A stretch of DNA of 64,000 nucleotides from an uncultured Gemmatimonadales bacterium (GTDB taxonomy: Bacteria > Gemmatimonadota > Gemmatimonadetes > Gemmatimonadales > GWC2-71-9). The notes beneath the pieces are model-generated. The model saw nothing but the letters and a program-made list of their open reading frames with translations. It did no database searches and was not told the DNA's origin. The number at the start of each line of letters is the position of its first letter. Position 1 is the first letter of the stretch. Shown here one piece after another: positions 30,852 to 41,025 of this stretch. The stretch lies in NCBI GenBank assembly GCA_963795085.1, contig CAWCFX010000004.1, forward strand, positions 352,001 through 416,000, in the 5' to 3' direction. The position numbers and the translations under genes are program-made.

Positions 30852-32471
30852 CTAATCGCTGACCGCGAAATCTGTGTAGTCCTTCGTTCGGGCCGCTCTA
30901 TCTTCCTCGCTCCACCCCAGTTCGGCTCCCATCAATTCCGCCACTGTCCCTGCCGCGGCCAGGCCCCGGTCCCGGGTCTCGTAAAACAGGTGGAGCCGCC
31001 GCACCAGCATGTCTGCCACGGTCTGCGCCATTTCCCGCCGGACGCTGTGGACCACTTCGCCCCGGATGGCGACGTGGTCGGGATGGATCGGCTCGAGCAG
31101 GGAGCGGTCCTCCCGGCCGAGATTGAAGATGGCGGCGGACTCGGTACCGAAGTGGGCCACGATGTGATCCACCGTCTCCACGCCCAGGCCGATCTCCTGT
31201 CCGGCGCGGCGGAACTCGGCCATGTCGCCCGCTTCGCCGCCGGGCAGCGCCTCCCGGTCCGTGGGCGCCCCGGGGTAGGCCGGCCTCCCGAAGGACTTCC
31301 GGAGCTCCCGCGCGACCGCATCTACCAGTTCTGCCGCCATGCTGCGATAGGTGGTGAGCTTGCCCCCGGCGATCGTCCACATCCCGCTGGGCCCCTGGAG
31401 GATCCGGTGCTCCCGGGACACCCGGCTCGCCGCCGTACCCTCGTCCTCGGCCAGCAGGGGGCGAAGGCCGGCCCAGCTTCCCACTATGTCCTCTTCGGTC
31501 AGCCGGGCATTGGGGAAGTAGGAGTTCGCGGTGCGCAGGAGGTAGAGGATGTCCTCGCCGTCAACGGCGATGGACTCGGGCGGCACCGAGGTGTCGGTGT
31601 CGGTGGTGCCGATGATGGACAGGTCGCCCCAGGGCAGGATGAACATCACCCGGTCGTCGATCGGGCTGGTAATGGTCAGGGCTTCGTGGTGGCCCAGCCG
31701 GATCCGGGGGACCAGGACGTGGGCGCCCTTGGTGGGGCGCAGCAGGGGCAGGGCGTGGGGGAACTCCATCCGCCGGATCCGGTCACACCACGGGCCGGTC
31801 GCGTTGACCACCGTGGTGGCCTGGATGAGCCCGGTGTTCCCGCTGAGGCCGTCCACGACCCGGGCGCCACGGACCCGGCCATCTACCACCTCCAGTTGCT
31901 CGACCCGCATATAATTCGCCACCAGGGCCCCATGGGCGATGGCCGAACGGGCGGTGGCCAGGACCAGTCTGGCGTCATCGCACTGGGCATCGTAATATCT
32001 CGCGCCGCCCTTCAGGTCCATGGCCCGGAGCATCGGCTCCGCTCGCAGGACGCCGCGCTTGCCCAACATGCGGTGCCACCGCACATTGCGGAACATCGCG
32101 AGCAGGTCGTAGAGCCACATGCCGGCGGCCAGCCGCCAGAAGAAGAGCCGGCCCTTCCGGTGGACCGGAAAAATAAAGGGAATCGGGCGGACCAGGTGGG
32201 GGGCGATGGAAAGCAGTATCCGCCGTTCCCGGCTGGCCTCGAAGACCAGCCGGAGTTCACCCTGCTCCAGGTAACGGAGACCGCCATGAATCAGCCGGCT
32301 GGACCGGGAACTGGTCCCCGAACCGAGATCGTACTGCTCGACCAGGATGGTCCGGAGGCCCCGCATGGCGGCATCCCGGGCGATGCCGGCGCCGGTGATA
32401 CCGCCGCCGATCACCAGGAGATCCACCGGCTGCGCCGCCAGTTCCTGCAGTTCCGCCCTTCGTGAGGTCAT
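30852..32471 (-). CDS. glpD: FAD-dependent glycerol-3-phosphate dehydrogenase
   Basis: IGGGITGAG, GTSSRSSRLIHGGLRYL, AGLRPL, GGKLTTYR; start MTSRRAEL. Confidence 0.92.
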   Translation of the reverse strand: MTSRRAELQELAAQPVDLLVIGGGITGAGIARDAAMRGLRTILVEQYDLGSGTSSRSSRLIHGGLRYLEQGELRLVFEASRERRILLSIAPHLVRPIPFIFPVHRKGRLFFWRLAAGMWLYDLLAMFRNVRWHRMLGKRGVLRAEPMLRAMDLKGGARYYDAQCDDARLVLATARSAIAHGALVANYMRVEQLEVVDGRVRGARVVDGLSGNTGLIQATTVVNATGPWCDRIRRMEFPHALPLLRPTKGAHVLVPRIRLGHHEALTITSPIDDRVMFILPWGDLSIIGTTDTDTSVPPESIAVDGEDILYLLRTANSYFPNARLTEEDIVGSWAGLRPLLAEDEGTAASRVSREHRILQGPSGMWTIAGGKLTTYRSMAAELVDAVARELRKSFGRPAYPGAPTDREALPGGEAGDMAEFRRAGQEIGLGVETVDHIVAHFGTESAAIFNLGREDRSLLEPIHPDHVAIRGEVVHSVRREMAQTVADMLVRRLHLFYETRDRGLAAAGTVAELMGAELGWSEEDRAARTKDYTDFAVSD

Positions 32472-32477
32472 AGTCCC

Positions 32478-33026
32478 GTGCCCCCTTCGCCCGTTTCCCG
32501 GCTTCCGCTCCCCAGCACCTGGTACACCTGGCATGACTCCCTGATTCGCCAGGGCATGAAGGTACTGGATATCGCCTGCGGGGAGGGGCGCCACAGCCTG
32601 GCCGCTGCCGCACGGGGAGCCCAGGTCACCGCCCTCGACCGGGACGGGGACAAACTGGAGACCGGACGGGGGCTCGCCGAGGGCGAAGGCCTGCAGATAG
32701 ACTGGCGGGCGGTGGATCTCGAAGCCGAATGGCCCGAGCTGGGGGTGTTCGACGCGGTACTGGTCTTCAATTACCTGGACCGGGCCCGGATGCCGCAGGT
32801 CATCGAGCGGGTGGCCCCCGGAGGGCTGCTGTTCATGGAAACCTTCCTGACGGTGCAGCGCACCTTCGGCTGGGGCCCCAGTAACGACGATTACCTGCTC
32901 AAGCCCGGAGAACTTGCCCGGTTGATCGCCCCGCTGGAGATCATCCACGGGCGGGAAGTCATCGAACCGGTGGACACCGACCGCTGGAAAGCGGTCGCGG
33001 GAATAGTAGCGGTGAAACGGACTTGA
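32478..33026 (+). CDS. Class I SAM-dependent methyltransferase (TehB-like)
   Basis: VLDIACGEGRHS motif I, FNYLDR, APGGLL; start uncertain (alternative ATG 32557). Confidence 0.82.
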   Translation: MPPSPVSRLPLPSTWYTWHDSLIRQGMKVLDIACGEGRHSLAAAARGAQVTALDRDGDKLETGRGLAEGEGLQIDWRAVDLEAEWPELGVFDAVLVFNYLDRARMPQVIERVAPGGLLFMETFLTVQRTFGWGPSNDDYLLKPGELARLIAPLEIIHGREVIEPVDTDRWKAVAGIVAVKRT

Positions 33027-33031
33027 TGAAA

Positions 33032-33160
33032 CAGTGGGACAGTGGGACAGTGGGACAGTGGGCAGTGGGTCAGTGGGTCAGTGGGTCAGTGGGTCAGTGG
33101 GACAGTGGGACAGTGGGACAGTGGGTCAGTGGGACAGGGGGGGCAAGGGGGCAGTGGGAC
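33032..33160 (+). repeat. Tandem 8-mer CAGTGGG(A/T) array, about 13 units
   Basis: Read directly; same unit family as 8812-9040 and 12650-12690. Confidence 0.92.
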
Positions 33161-33168
33161 GGTGCTGG

Positions 33169-33398
33169 TTTGCCGGTTCTTGTGGGCGCTCGCCCTGACT
33201 GGTACCACAAAGCACCAAGACTGGAAGAACAAGAAAAAGAGCTTACTGAGCCAACCTGGTTCTTGTTTCTTTTGCTTCGTGTTTTGTAGTTCCATCCAGG
33301 GCTGGTTCGCGAGACGGGCTTGCCGGTTTCTTTCGGACTCCGCCCTGACAGATACAACACAGCACGACATTTCTCTATGTTTCGTGTTTTGTAGTACC
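33169..33398. repeat. Two degenerate direct copies of an AT-rich hairpin element ending TTCGTGTTTTGTAGT
   Basis: Both copies: ttgccggtt...cgccctgac...[A-rich arm]...ttcgtgttttgtagt. Confidence 0.7.
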
Positions 33399-33518
33399 GG
33401 TGTAGTTTGGGGGAGCCATGATCTGCTCCTCACTAAGGACTTCGCCGATGGCCCCCCAATCCGCCTTCTGTCCTCGTGCCGCCGGCGGGGTTTCCGCCTG
33501 CTGGCCTGACCGGCGGGC

Positions 33519-34817
33519 ATGACCCTTCCCCCTCCTGGAAGACGAGCCGCGATCATCGCCGGAGTCCGCACGCCGTTTGCCCGCAGCGGCACCCAGCTGG
33601 CGGAGGTGCCCGCCGTGGACCTGGCCCGCCACGCCGCCCGGGACCTGCTGCTCCGGACCGGGATGGATGGCGCCGAGATTGACGAGGTGATCTGGGCCCA
33701 GGTGGTTCCCTCCGTGCTCACGCCTAACGTGGCCCGCGAAGTGAGCCTGCTGCCCCAGTTGCCCCGCTCGGTACCCGCCTACACGCTCAACCGGGCCTGC
33801 GCGTCCGGTGCCCTGGCCGTGAGCAACGCGGTGGACCAGATAACCCGCGGCTACGCCGACGTGATCCTCACCGGCGGGGTCGAGTCCCTCTCCGACATTC
33901 CCATTCTCCACTCCCGGCGCTTCAGCCGGATCCTGGTCGAGGCCGGCAAGGCAAAAACCCTGGGCGCGCGGCTGGGCGCCTTCGCGCGGGTCCGGCCCCG
34001 GGACTTCGTGCCGCTGACGCCCGCCATCGCGGAGCCCTCCACCGGCGAGTCCATGGGCCAGTCGGCCGAGAAGATGGCCAAGGAGAACGGCATCCCGCGG
34101 GAGGACCAGGACCGGATCGCCCTGATGAGCCACCAGCGGGCCGCCGCGGGGACCAGTGATGGGCGGCTCACCGCGGAGATTGTGCCCTGGTTTGGCGGGG
34201 CGGACATGACCGAGGTCATCACCAGTGACAACGGTATCCGGTCCGACACGTCGATGGAGAAACTCGCCCAGCTCAAGCCGGTATTTGACCGGAAGTATGG
34301 CACGGTGACAGCGGGCAACGCGTCTCCCCTGACCGACGGGGCTTCCAGCGTGCTGGTCATGGCCGAGGAAAAGGCGCTGGCGCTGGGCTATCGGCCGCTG
34401 GCTTCCGTCCGGAGCTACGCGGTGGCGGCCGTGGACCCCGGCTGGCAGTTGTTGATGGGCCCTGCCTACGCCGTGCCCAAGGCGCTCGACCGGGCCGGCA
34501 TTACCTGGAAGGACCTGGGCCTGGTGGAGATCCACGAGGCGTTCGCCGCCCAGGTGCTTTCCAATATCCAGGCCTGGGCATCGAAACAGTGGGCCGCCAA
34601 GCTGGGCCGCAGCGAGCCGGTGGGCGAGGTGAATTGGGACATCACCAACGTCATGGGCGGGTCCATTGCCATCGGTCATCCGTTCGGCGCCACCGGTGGG
34701 CGCATCATTACCACCCTGGCCAACGAAATGGCGCGGCGCGACGTGCAGTTCGGGCTGGTCTCCATCTGCGCCCAGGGCGGGATGGGGTTGGCGATGGTGC
34801 TGGAACGGACGGCATGA
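33519..34817 (+). CDS. fadI: Acetyl-CoA C-acyltransferase (thiolase)
   Basis: NRACASG, EIHEAFAAQ, GHPFGATG, CAQGG. Confidence 0.92.
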   Translation: MTLPPPGRRAAIIAGVRTPFARSGTQLAEVPAVDLARHAARDLLLRTGMDGAEIDEVIWAQVVPSVLTPNVAREVSLLPQLPRSVPAYTLNRACASGALAVSNAVDQITRGYADVILTGGVESLSDIPILHSRRFSRILVEAGKAKTLGARLGAFARVRPRDFVPLTPAIAEPSTGESMGQSAEKMAKENGIPREDQDRIALMSHQRAAAGTSDGRLTAEIVPWFGGADMTEVITSDNGIRSDTSMEKLAQLKPVFDRKYGTVTAGNASPLTDGASSVLVMAEEKALALGYRPLASVRSYAVAAVDPGWQLLMGPAYAVPKALDRAGITWKDLGLVEIHEAFAAQVLSNIQAWASKQWAAKLGRSEPVGEVNWDITNVMGGSIAIGHPFGATGGRIITTLANEMARRDVQFGLVSICAQGGMGLAMVLERTA

Positions 34818-34818
34818 C

Positions 34819-36960
34819 ATGACCGCTTTCTCCGTCGCGAATGAAAACGGCATCGCCGTCCTCACCTTTGACCTGCCCGGAGAGCCGGTCAACAAGCTGA
34901 ATGGCGCGGTGAAGGCGGAGTTCGAGGCGCTGATGGGCCAGCTTGGCGAGGACGGCACGGTGCGCGCGGTGGTGCTGATCTCCGGCAAGCCGGATATTTT
35001 CATCGCCGGCGCGGATATCGAAGAGTTCACCGAGCTGGCCACCCAGGCGGAGGCGGAAGCGCTGAGCCGGGAAGGCCAGGAGATGGTGGACCGGGTGGAC
35101 CGCTTTCCCAAGCCCGTCATCGCCGCCATTCACGGCGCCTGCCTGGGCGGCGGACTGGAGCTGGCCCTGGCCTGCGACTACCGGCTCGCCACCGAGCATC
35201 CCAAGACCCAGCTCGGGCTTCCCGAAGTGCAACTGGGTTTGCTGCCCGGGGCCGGCGGCTGCCAGCGGCTGCCCCGCCTGATCGGAGCGAGCGCGGCGCT
35301 GGGCATGATCCTCCCCGGAAAATCAGAGCGGGCGGCCAAGGCCTTCCGCCTGGGGCTGGTGGACGAGCTGGTTCACCCGGCGATGCTCCGCCAGTTGGCC
35401 ATCGCGGCAGCCGAGCGCGCGACGGCGAGGGGAGTCCCCAATCGCCGCCGTAAGGGCGGGATCAAGGCCTGGCTCCTGGACGGCAATCCGCTCGGCCGCC
35501 AACTGGTGTACGCCGGCGCCCGCAAACAGGTGCTCAAGACCACCCACGGCCACTACCCGGCGCCGCTGGCTGCCCTCGAAGTGGTGAAGACCGGCCTGGA
35601 GCAGGGCATGGCGAAGGGGCTGGAGCTGGAGCATCAGAAGTTCGGTGAGCTGGCGATGAGCCGGGTCTCCCGCAACCTGGTCCAGCTCTTCTTTGCCACC
35701 ACCGCGCTCAAGAAGGACACCGGGCTTTCTCCCGGCATTGAGGCGGTGCCGGTCACCGTGGACCGGCTGGGCATCATGGGCGCCGGCTTCATGGGCGCGG
35801 GCATTGCCGGCACCGCGGCGGCTACCGCGAAGGTGCAGGTGGGCCTCAAGGACACCGACCTGGCCCGCGTGGGCAAGGGAATCAAGTCCGCCGTCGAGAT
35901 CCTGGCCGCCCGGCTCAAGCGCCGCCGCATCACGAAGTACGAATTCACCCGGCTCCGCTCTCTGGTCTATGGTTCGAACGACTGGTATGTGGTGCGCGAC
36001 GCGGACCTGGTCATCGAAGCGGTGTTCGAAGACCTCGAGGTGAAGCGCGGAGTGCTGGCCGAGGTCGAGCGCCACACCCGCCCGGACGCCATCTTCGCGA
36101 CTAACACCTCCACGATTCCCATCGGCGCCATCGCCGCCGGCGCGGCGCGGCCGGAGCGGGTGCTCGGCATGCACTTTTTCTCCCCGGTCGAGAAGATGCC
36201 GCTGCTGGAAGTCATCCCGACCGAGCAGTCGAGCGCGGAGACCATCGCCACCGCGGTGGATTTCGGCCGCAAGATGGGCAAGACCGTCATCGTGGTGCGG
36301 GACCACCCGGGGTTCTGGGTCAACCGGATCCTGACGCCATATCTCAATGAGGCCGCGCACCTGCTGGCGGAAGGGGTGCCCATCGAGCTGATCGACTCCA
36401 CCATGGTGAAGTGGGGATTCCCCGTGGGGCCCGTCACCCTGCTGGACGAGGTTGGGCTCGATGTCGCGGCCAAGGCGGGAAAGGTGATGCACGAGGCCTT
36501 CGGCGAGCGGCTCCGGCCCAATGACGTGGTCAGCCGGATGACCGCGGACAACCGGCTGGGCCGGAAGAACGGGCGGGGCTTCTACCACTACCATAAGGGT
36601 CACAAGACCGGGGTGGATGACAAGACCTGGGAAATCCTCGGCGTGCACAAGCAGGAGAAAAGCTCGCCGGTCACCATCGTGCAGCGGCTGGTGTACATCA
36701 TGCTGAACGAGGCCGCTATGGCGGCGGACGACCGGGTGGTGCGAAGCCCGCGGGACGGCGATATCGGCGCCATCTTCGGGATCGGCTATCCGCCGTTTCG
36801 GGGCGGGCCGCTTCGCTACATGGACGAACTGGGCGCCGTCAACGTGGTGGACACCCTGCGGCAGCTGGCCACGGCCTATGGCGAGCGGTTTACCCCGGCG
36901 CCCAGCCTGGTCGAGATGGCCACCGAGGCCCGCCGGTACTATCCCGATTCAGCGAGCTGA
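34819..36960 (+). CDS. fadJ: Fatty acid oxidation complex alpha subunit
   Basis: FIAGADI, GLPEVQLGLLPGAGG, GAGFMGAG, GMHFFSPV. Confidence 0.92.
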   Translation: MTAFSVANENGIAVLTFDLPGEPVNKLNGAVKAEFEALMGQLGEDGTVRAVVLISGKPDIFIAGADIEEFTELATQAEAEALSREGQEMVDRVDRFPKPVIAAIHGACLGGGLELALACDYRLATEHPKTQLGLPEVQLGLLPGAGGCQRLPRLIGASAALGMILPGKSERAAKAFRLGLVDELVHPAMLRQLAIAAAERATARGVPNRRRKGGIKAWLLDGNPLGRQLVYAGARKQVLKTTHGHYPAPLAALEVVKTGLEQGMAKGLELEHQKFGELAMSRVSRNLVQLFFATTALKKDTGLSPGIEAVPVTVDRLGIMGAGFMGAGIAGTAAATAKVQVGLKDTDLARVGKGIKSAVEILAARLKRRRITKYEFTRLRSLVYGSNDWYVVRDADLVIEAVFEDLEVKRGVLAEVERHTRPDAIFATNTSTIPIGAIAAGAARPERVLGMHFFSPVEKMPLLEVIPTEQSSAETIATAVDFGRKMGKTVIVVRDHPGFWVNRILTPYLNEAAHLLAEGVPIELIDSTMVKWGFPVGPVTLLDEVGLDVAAKAGKVMHEAFGERLRPNDVVSRMTADNRLGRKNGRGFYHYHKGHKTGVDDKTWEILGVHKQEKSSPVTIVQRLVYIMLNEAAMAADDRVVRSPRDGDIGAIFGIGYPPFRGGPLRYMDELGAVNVVDTLRQLATAYGERFTPAPSLVEMATEARRYYPDSAS

Positions 36961-37059
36961 TCCGCCCGCACCGCGCGGAGTTCGGAAACCCGGCGGCCCG
37001 GTGCACCGTATTTTCCCTGCCGGGCCCTGCTCACCTCTGCCATCCTTCTCAGGACCCCG

Positions 37060-38556
37060 ATGCTTTTCCAAATCGCGCGACCGCTGCTGCTGTCGATGGC
37101 CGTATCGTCCGTACTCTGGTCGCAGGAAAATTCCCTGCAGTCCTACCAGCGGGCCCGGCGCGCGCTCGACGCTTCGATCCAGGCCATGGGCGGTCTGGAA
37201 CGGCTCCGCGGCATCAACACGGTGCTGGTCCGGCACGAAGGGCAGGGCATCTGGCGGAACCAGAGCCCGCGGGCGGTTGCTCCCTGGGCCTCCACGCCGG
37301 CCAGCGGACTGCTCGCCATCGATTTCCGGGGATACCGGCTCTTCTGGGACGTCGCCACGGCCTTTCCGGGTGGGTTCAACAATCGAAGTCAGCTGATGAT
37401 CAGCCCCGCCGAGGGATGGGGCGCCAGTCCCTATGAGCGGCGCTGGTTCACGGTGCCTAATCCAAACATCAACAACAACCGCAACCTGCTGCGCCGGCTG
37501 CCGCATTACCTCCTGCTCGAAGCGCTCGACCGGCCGGCGCACCTGCGCTGGCAGGGCGCCGGCAGCTACCGTGGCCGCCCCCAGGACATCATTGCCTTCG
37601 CCGCGTCCGACGGCCAACTGTTCTCCCTCTTCCTGGACCGGGAGACGCACCTGCCTGCCAAGTACGAGCAACTGGTCAGCGACCCGCAGACGGGGGACGC
37701 CATACTGGAAGTCGCCTGGCCGAGCTATCGGCAGGTGGACGGGGTCCAGGTACCTTCGGGACGGCTGCTGCGGCGGGCCGGAGAGGACGCCGAAAATGTC
37801 CGGTTCACCGGGTTTACCATCAACGAACCGCTGCCGGACAGTTTGTTTCAGAAGCCCTCGGGGTATGCTGACGGAACCGGGGGGCCCACGGCCGATACCA
37901 CGGTGCGAAAACTGGCGGACGACGTCTATGCCGTGCAGGGCGTGGCGGGCGGCAACACCTCGCTGGTGGTGGGGCTCGACGATTACGTGCTGGTGGTCGA
38001 GGCTTATGGCAGCGATGCCGCCTCCCGGAGGACCATAGGCAAGATCCGCGAGATCTATCCGTCCCGGCCCATTCGCTACCTGGTGCCCACCCATCATCAC
38101 GATGATCACACCGGCGGCGTGCGGGCCTTCATCGCCGAAGGGGCAGCGATCGTGACCACCCCGGGGAACCGGGCATTCTTCGAAGCGATGAGCCGGGGCG
38201 TCTTCACCCTGGTTCCGGATGCCCTCACCCTGAGCCCCCGGCCGCTCCGGCTGGAGATGGTGACCGGCAAGCGGCGCGTCTTCCGCGATGCCGCGCACGA
38301 AGTACAGGTCATCGATATCGGCCCCAGCCCCCACGCCGACGAAATGCTGGTGGTGTACCTGCCCCGGGAGAAGATCCTGGTCCAGGGGGACCTGCTCAAT
38401 CTGCCCGTGGGGCGCATGCGGGCCGGCAACCTGACGACGGTCCACTTCGCGGAGTGGCTGGCCGGTTCCGGCCTGGAGGTGGAGACCATCGTACCGGTCC
38501 ACGGGCCGATTCACACGCCGGCGGAACTGCGGCAGGCGGTGGAGATGATGAGGTAA
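37060..38556 (+). CDS. Secreted MBL-fold metallo-hydrolase
   Basis: Signal peptide; THHHDDHTGG, PHA, GDL, PVHG. Confidence 0.85.
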   Translation: MLFQIARPLLLSMAVSSVLWSQENSLQSYQRARRALDASIQAMGGLERLRGINTVLVRHEGQGIWRNQSPRAVAPWASTPASGLLAIDFRGYRLFWDVATAFPGGFNNRSQLMISPAEGWGASPYERRWFTVPNPNINNNRNLLRRLPHYLLLEALDRPAHLRWQGAGSYRGRPQDIIAFAASDGQLFSLFLDRETHLPAKYEQLVSDPQTGDAILEVAWPSYRQVDGVQVPSGRLLRRAGEDAENVRFTGFTINEPLPDSLFQKPSGYADGTGGPTADTTVRKLADDVYAVQGVAGGNTSLVVGLDDYVLVVEAYGSDAASRRTIGKIREIYPSRPIRYLVPTHHHDDHTGGVRAFIAEGAAIVTTPGNRAFFEAMSRGVFTLVPDALTLSPRPLRLEMVTGKRRVFRDAAHEVQVIDIGPSPHADEMLVVYLPREKILVQGDLLNLPVGRMRAGNLTTVHFAEWLAGSGLEVETIVPVHGPIHTPAELRQAVEMMR

Positions 38557-38680
38557 GAGGGGCCGGGGGCCGGCAAGTTCCGGGGGACTTTCGGACCCCC
38601 GCCGGCCCCCCTGGCGCTCTTCCCAGGGCCCCCCGGCCCCCTGACCTACTCCTGCCCTCTGGCCCCCTTAGTTTCCCCCC

Positions 38681-40957
38681 ATGCCCGACTCCCTGGACCG
38701 GCTGCGTAAAGGGCTCGCCTCCCGCTATCACATCGAGAGCGAGATTGGCCGGGGCGGCATGGCGACGGTGTATCTCGCGGAAGATCTCAAGCACAGCCGC
38801 AAGGTGGCGATCAAGGTGCTCCGCGGCGAGGTGGCCGCCCGGAGCGAGCCGGAGCGGTTTCTCCGCGAGATCCGGATCGCGGCCCGGCTGACCCACCCCA
38901 ACATCCTGCCGCTCTACGACTCCGGCGAACTGGACGGACGATTCTACTATGTGATGCCGTTCCTCGGCTGCGAAAGCCTGCGCACCCGGATGGACCGGGA
39001 GGGGCGGCTGCCGGTCGATGAGACCGTGCGCATCGCCCGCATGGTGGCGGAGGGTCTTGATTACGCCCACCGGCAGGGCGTCATCCACCGCGACATCAAG
39101 CCGGAAAACATCATGCTGCTGGAGGAGCAGCCGGTGGTCACCGATTTCGGCATCGCCCGGGCGCTCTCCGCTGCCGATTCGACCGGCGACAGCCTGACCG
39201 GCGCCGGCTTCGCCGTCGGCACCCCGGTGTACATGAGCCCCGAGCAGGCGGGTGCGCCCGGCCCGGTGGATGGCCGCAGCGACCAGTACAGCCTCGCGTG
39301 CGTGGTCTTCGAGATGCTGGCCGGCCGTCCGCCCTTCCAGGGCGCCAACGTGCTGGCTACCCTGGCGCGGCACGCGACGGAGCCGCCGCCCCGGATCCGG
39401 GAAGCGACGCTCGGGGTGCCCCTCGCAGTGGAACACGCGCTGCTCCGGGCGCTGGCCAAGGACCCGGCCCACCGCTTCCCCACCATCGGGCACTTCGTGC
39501 GGGGGCTGACCGGACCGGCGATCTCCTCCGCCTCGCTGGAGACGGCCGGCGACCAGCGGCGTCCGACCGCGATCGCCGTGCTTCCCTTCGTCAATGCCAG
39601 TTCTGACCCGGCCAACGAGTATTTCAGCGACGGCATCACCGACGAGCTGATCAACGCGCTCTCCAAGGTCGAGGGTCTCACGGTGGTGTCCCGCACCTCG
39701 GCCTTCGCGTACAAGGGCAAGGCGCTCGATATCCGCACCATCGGGAGCCAGCTGGGCGCCACGGTCCTCCTCGAAGGCACCGTGCGCCGGTTCGGTGACC
39801 GGCTCCGGATTACCGCCCAGCTGATCAGCGTCCAGGACGGCCAGCTGCTCTGGTCGGAGAAGTACGATCGCCGCTCGGAGGACCTGTTCCAGATCCAGGA
39901 CGAGATTGCCGCGACCATCGTCGGCACCATGCGCGCCACCCTGGTGCGTACCCTGGGAGAACCGGAGCCGAGGAGCTACACCCCCAGTCTCGAGGCGTGG
40001 AACCTGTACCTCAAGGGACGCTACTACTGGAACATGCGGACCTTTGAAGGAGTGCAGGAAGCGATCCGCCACTTCGAAGCGGCCATCCGGGAGGATCCCC
40101 GGTTCGCGCTGGCCTACACCGGGCTCGCCGACAGCCACGCCCTGGGCGTGGACTACAGCGACGCCCCGGTCAGTGCCGGCCTGACCCGCGCCAAGGAGGA
40201 GGCGCTCAAGGCGCTGGCCCTGGACGACACGCTGGCCGAGGCCCATGCCTCGCTGGCCTGGGTGGCGTTCATTCACGAATGGGACTGGGAGACTGCCGGC
40301 CGGGAATACCGCCGAGCCATCGAGCTGGACCCCCGCTATCCCACGGCCCGGCAGTGGTACGCCTGGTACCTGATGGCCATGGGCCGGATGGGAGATGCCC
40401 TGGCCGAAGGGCGGCAGGCGGTGCACCTGGACCCCGCGTCCATTTCGATCCGGCGCAGCCTGGGGTGGGCGTACTACTACGCACGCGATGCCCATGCCGC
40501 GATCGACCACCTGCGCAAAGCCGTCATCGCGAACCCGACCCAGCACGAGACCCATTACATCCTGGGCCAGGCCCTCATGATGAAGGGCAACTACGGGCAG
40601 GCCCGGGCGGCGTTCGTGGAGGCGGCGGGTCCTGGTCGCCGGCACGCCAACGCCCTGTCCGCGATCGGGCGGGTGGCGGTGCTGGAGGGCAACGTCGCGG
40701 AAGCACGCGGCATCCTCGACGAGCTGTATACCCGGGCCCAGGAGCGCTACGTGTCCCCGGTGGATTTCGTCAAGCTCCACAACCAGCTGGGAGATACCGA
40801 CCGGGTGTTTGAGTGGATGGACCGGGCGTACGAGGACCGGCGGGGCTGGCTGGTCTACCTCAACGTGGAACCGGCGGTGGATAACCTGCGCGACGATCCG
40901 CGCTTCCAGGCGCTCTTGCGGAAAATGCGGCTGGACGGGGGGAGAGGTGAGAGGTGA
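38681..40957 (+). CDS. Ser/Thr protein kinase with TolB-like and TPR domains
   Basis: GRGGMATV, VAIKVL, HRDIKPEN, DFG, GTPVYMSPE; IAVLPF...EYFSDGITDELI; TPRs. Confidence 0.93.
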   Translation: MPDSLDRLRKGLASRYHIESEIGRGGMATVYLAEDLKHSRKVAIKVLRGEVAARSEPERFLREIRIAARLTHPNILPLYDSGELDGRFYYVMPFLGCESLRTRMDREGRLPVDETVRIARMVAEGLDYAHRQGVIHRDIKPENIMLLEEQPVVTDFGIARALSAADSTGDSLTGAGFAVGTPVYMSPEQAGAPGPVDGRSDQYSLACVVFEMLAGRPPFQGANVLATLARHATEPPPRIREATLGVPLAVEHALLRALAKDPAHRFPTIGHFVRGLTGPAISSASLETAGDQRRPTAIAVLPFVNASSDPANEYFSDGITDELINALSKVEGLTVVSRTSAFAYKGKALDIRTIGSQLGATVLLEGTVRRFGDRLRITAQLISVQDGQLLWSEKYDRRSEDLFQIQDEIAATIVGTMRATLVRTLGEPEPRSYTPSLEAWNLYLKGRYYWNMRTFEGVQEAIRHFEAAIREDPRFALAYTGLADSHALGVDYSDAPVSAGLTRAKEEALKALALDDTLAEAHASLAWVAFIHEWDWETAGREYRRAIELDPRYPTARQWYAWYLMAMGRMGDALAEGRQAVHLDPASISIRRSLGWAYYYARDAHAAIDHLRKAVIANPTQHETHYILGQALMMKGNYGQARAAFVEAAGPGRRHANALSAIGRVAVLEGNVAEARGILDELYTRAQERYVSPVDFVKLHNQLGDTDRVFEWMDRAYEDRRGWLVYLNVEPAVDNLRDDPRFQALLRKMRLDGGRGER

Positions 40958-41025
40958 GAGGGATTGATCATCCATCTCACTTCTCTATTCTCACCTCTCA
41001 CCTCTCACCGCCCTTCTCACTTCTC
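40936..41025. repeat. Mirror-image 7-mer (GAGAGGT)/(ACCTCTC) repeats spanning both convergent stop codons
   Basis: gagaggtgagaggtgagagg ... tctcacttctctattctcacctctcacctctcacc. Confidence 0.85.

Noticed and set aside
33023..33509. ORFs with QWDSGTVGQW/VSGSVGQ repeats (also 6957..7304, 8826..9040)
   Set aside because: These are translations of non-coding 8- and 9-mer DNA arrays and appear in multiple frames
38396..40975. Long antisense and alternate-frame ORFs (e.g. 38396..40975-, 55417..57528+, 59678..61555-, 16504..18366+, 17257..19521 extension)
   Set aside because: Shadow ORFs expected from high GC3 opposite well-supported genes; no motifs
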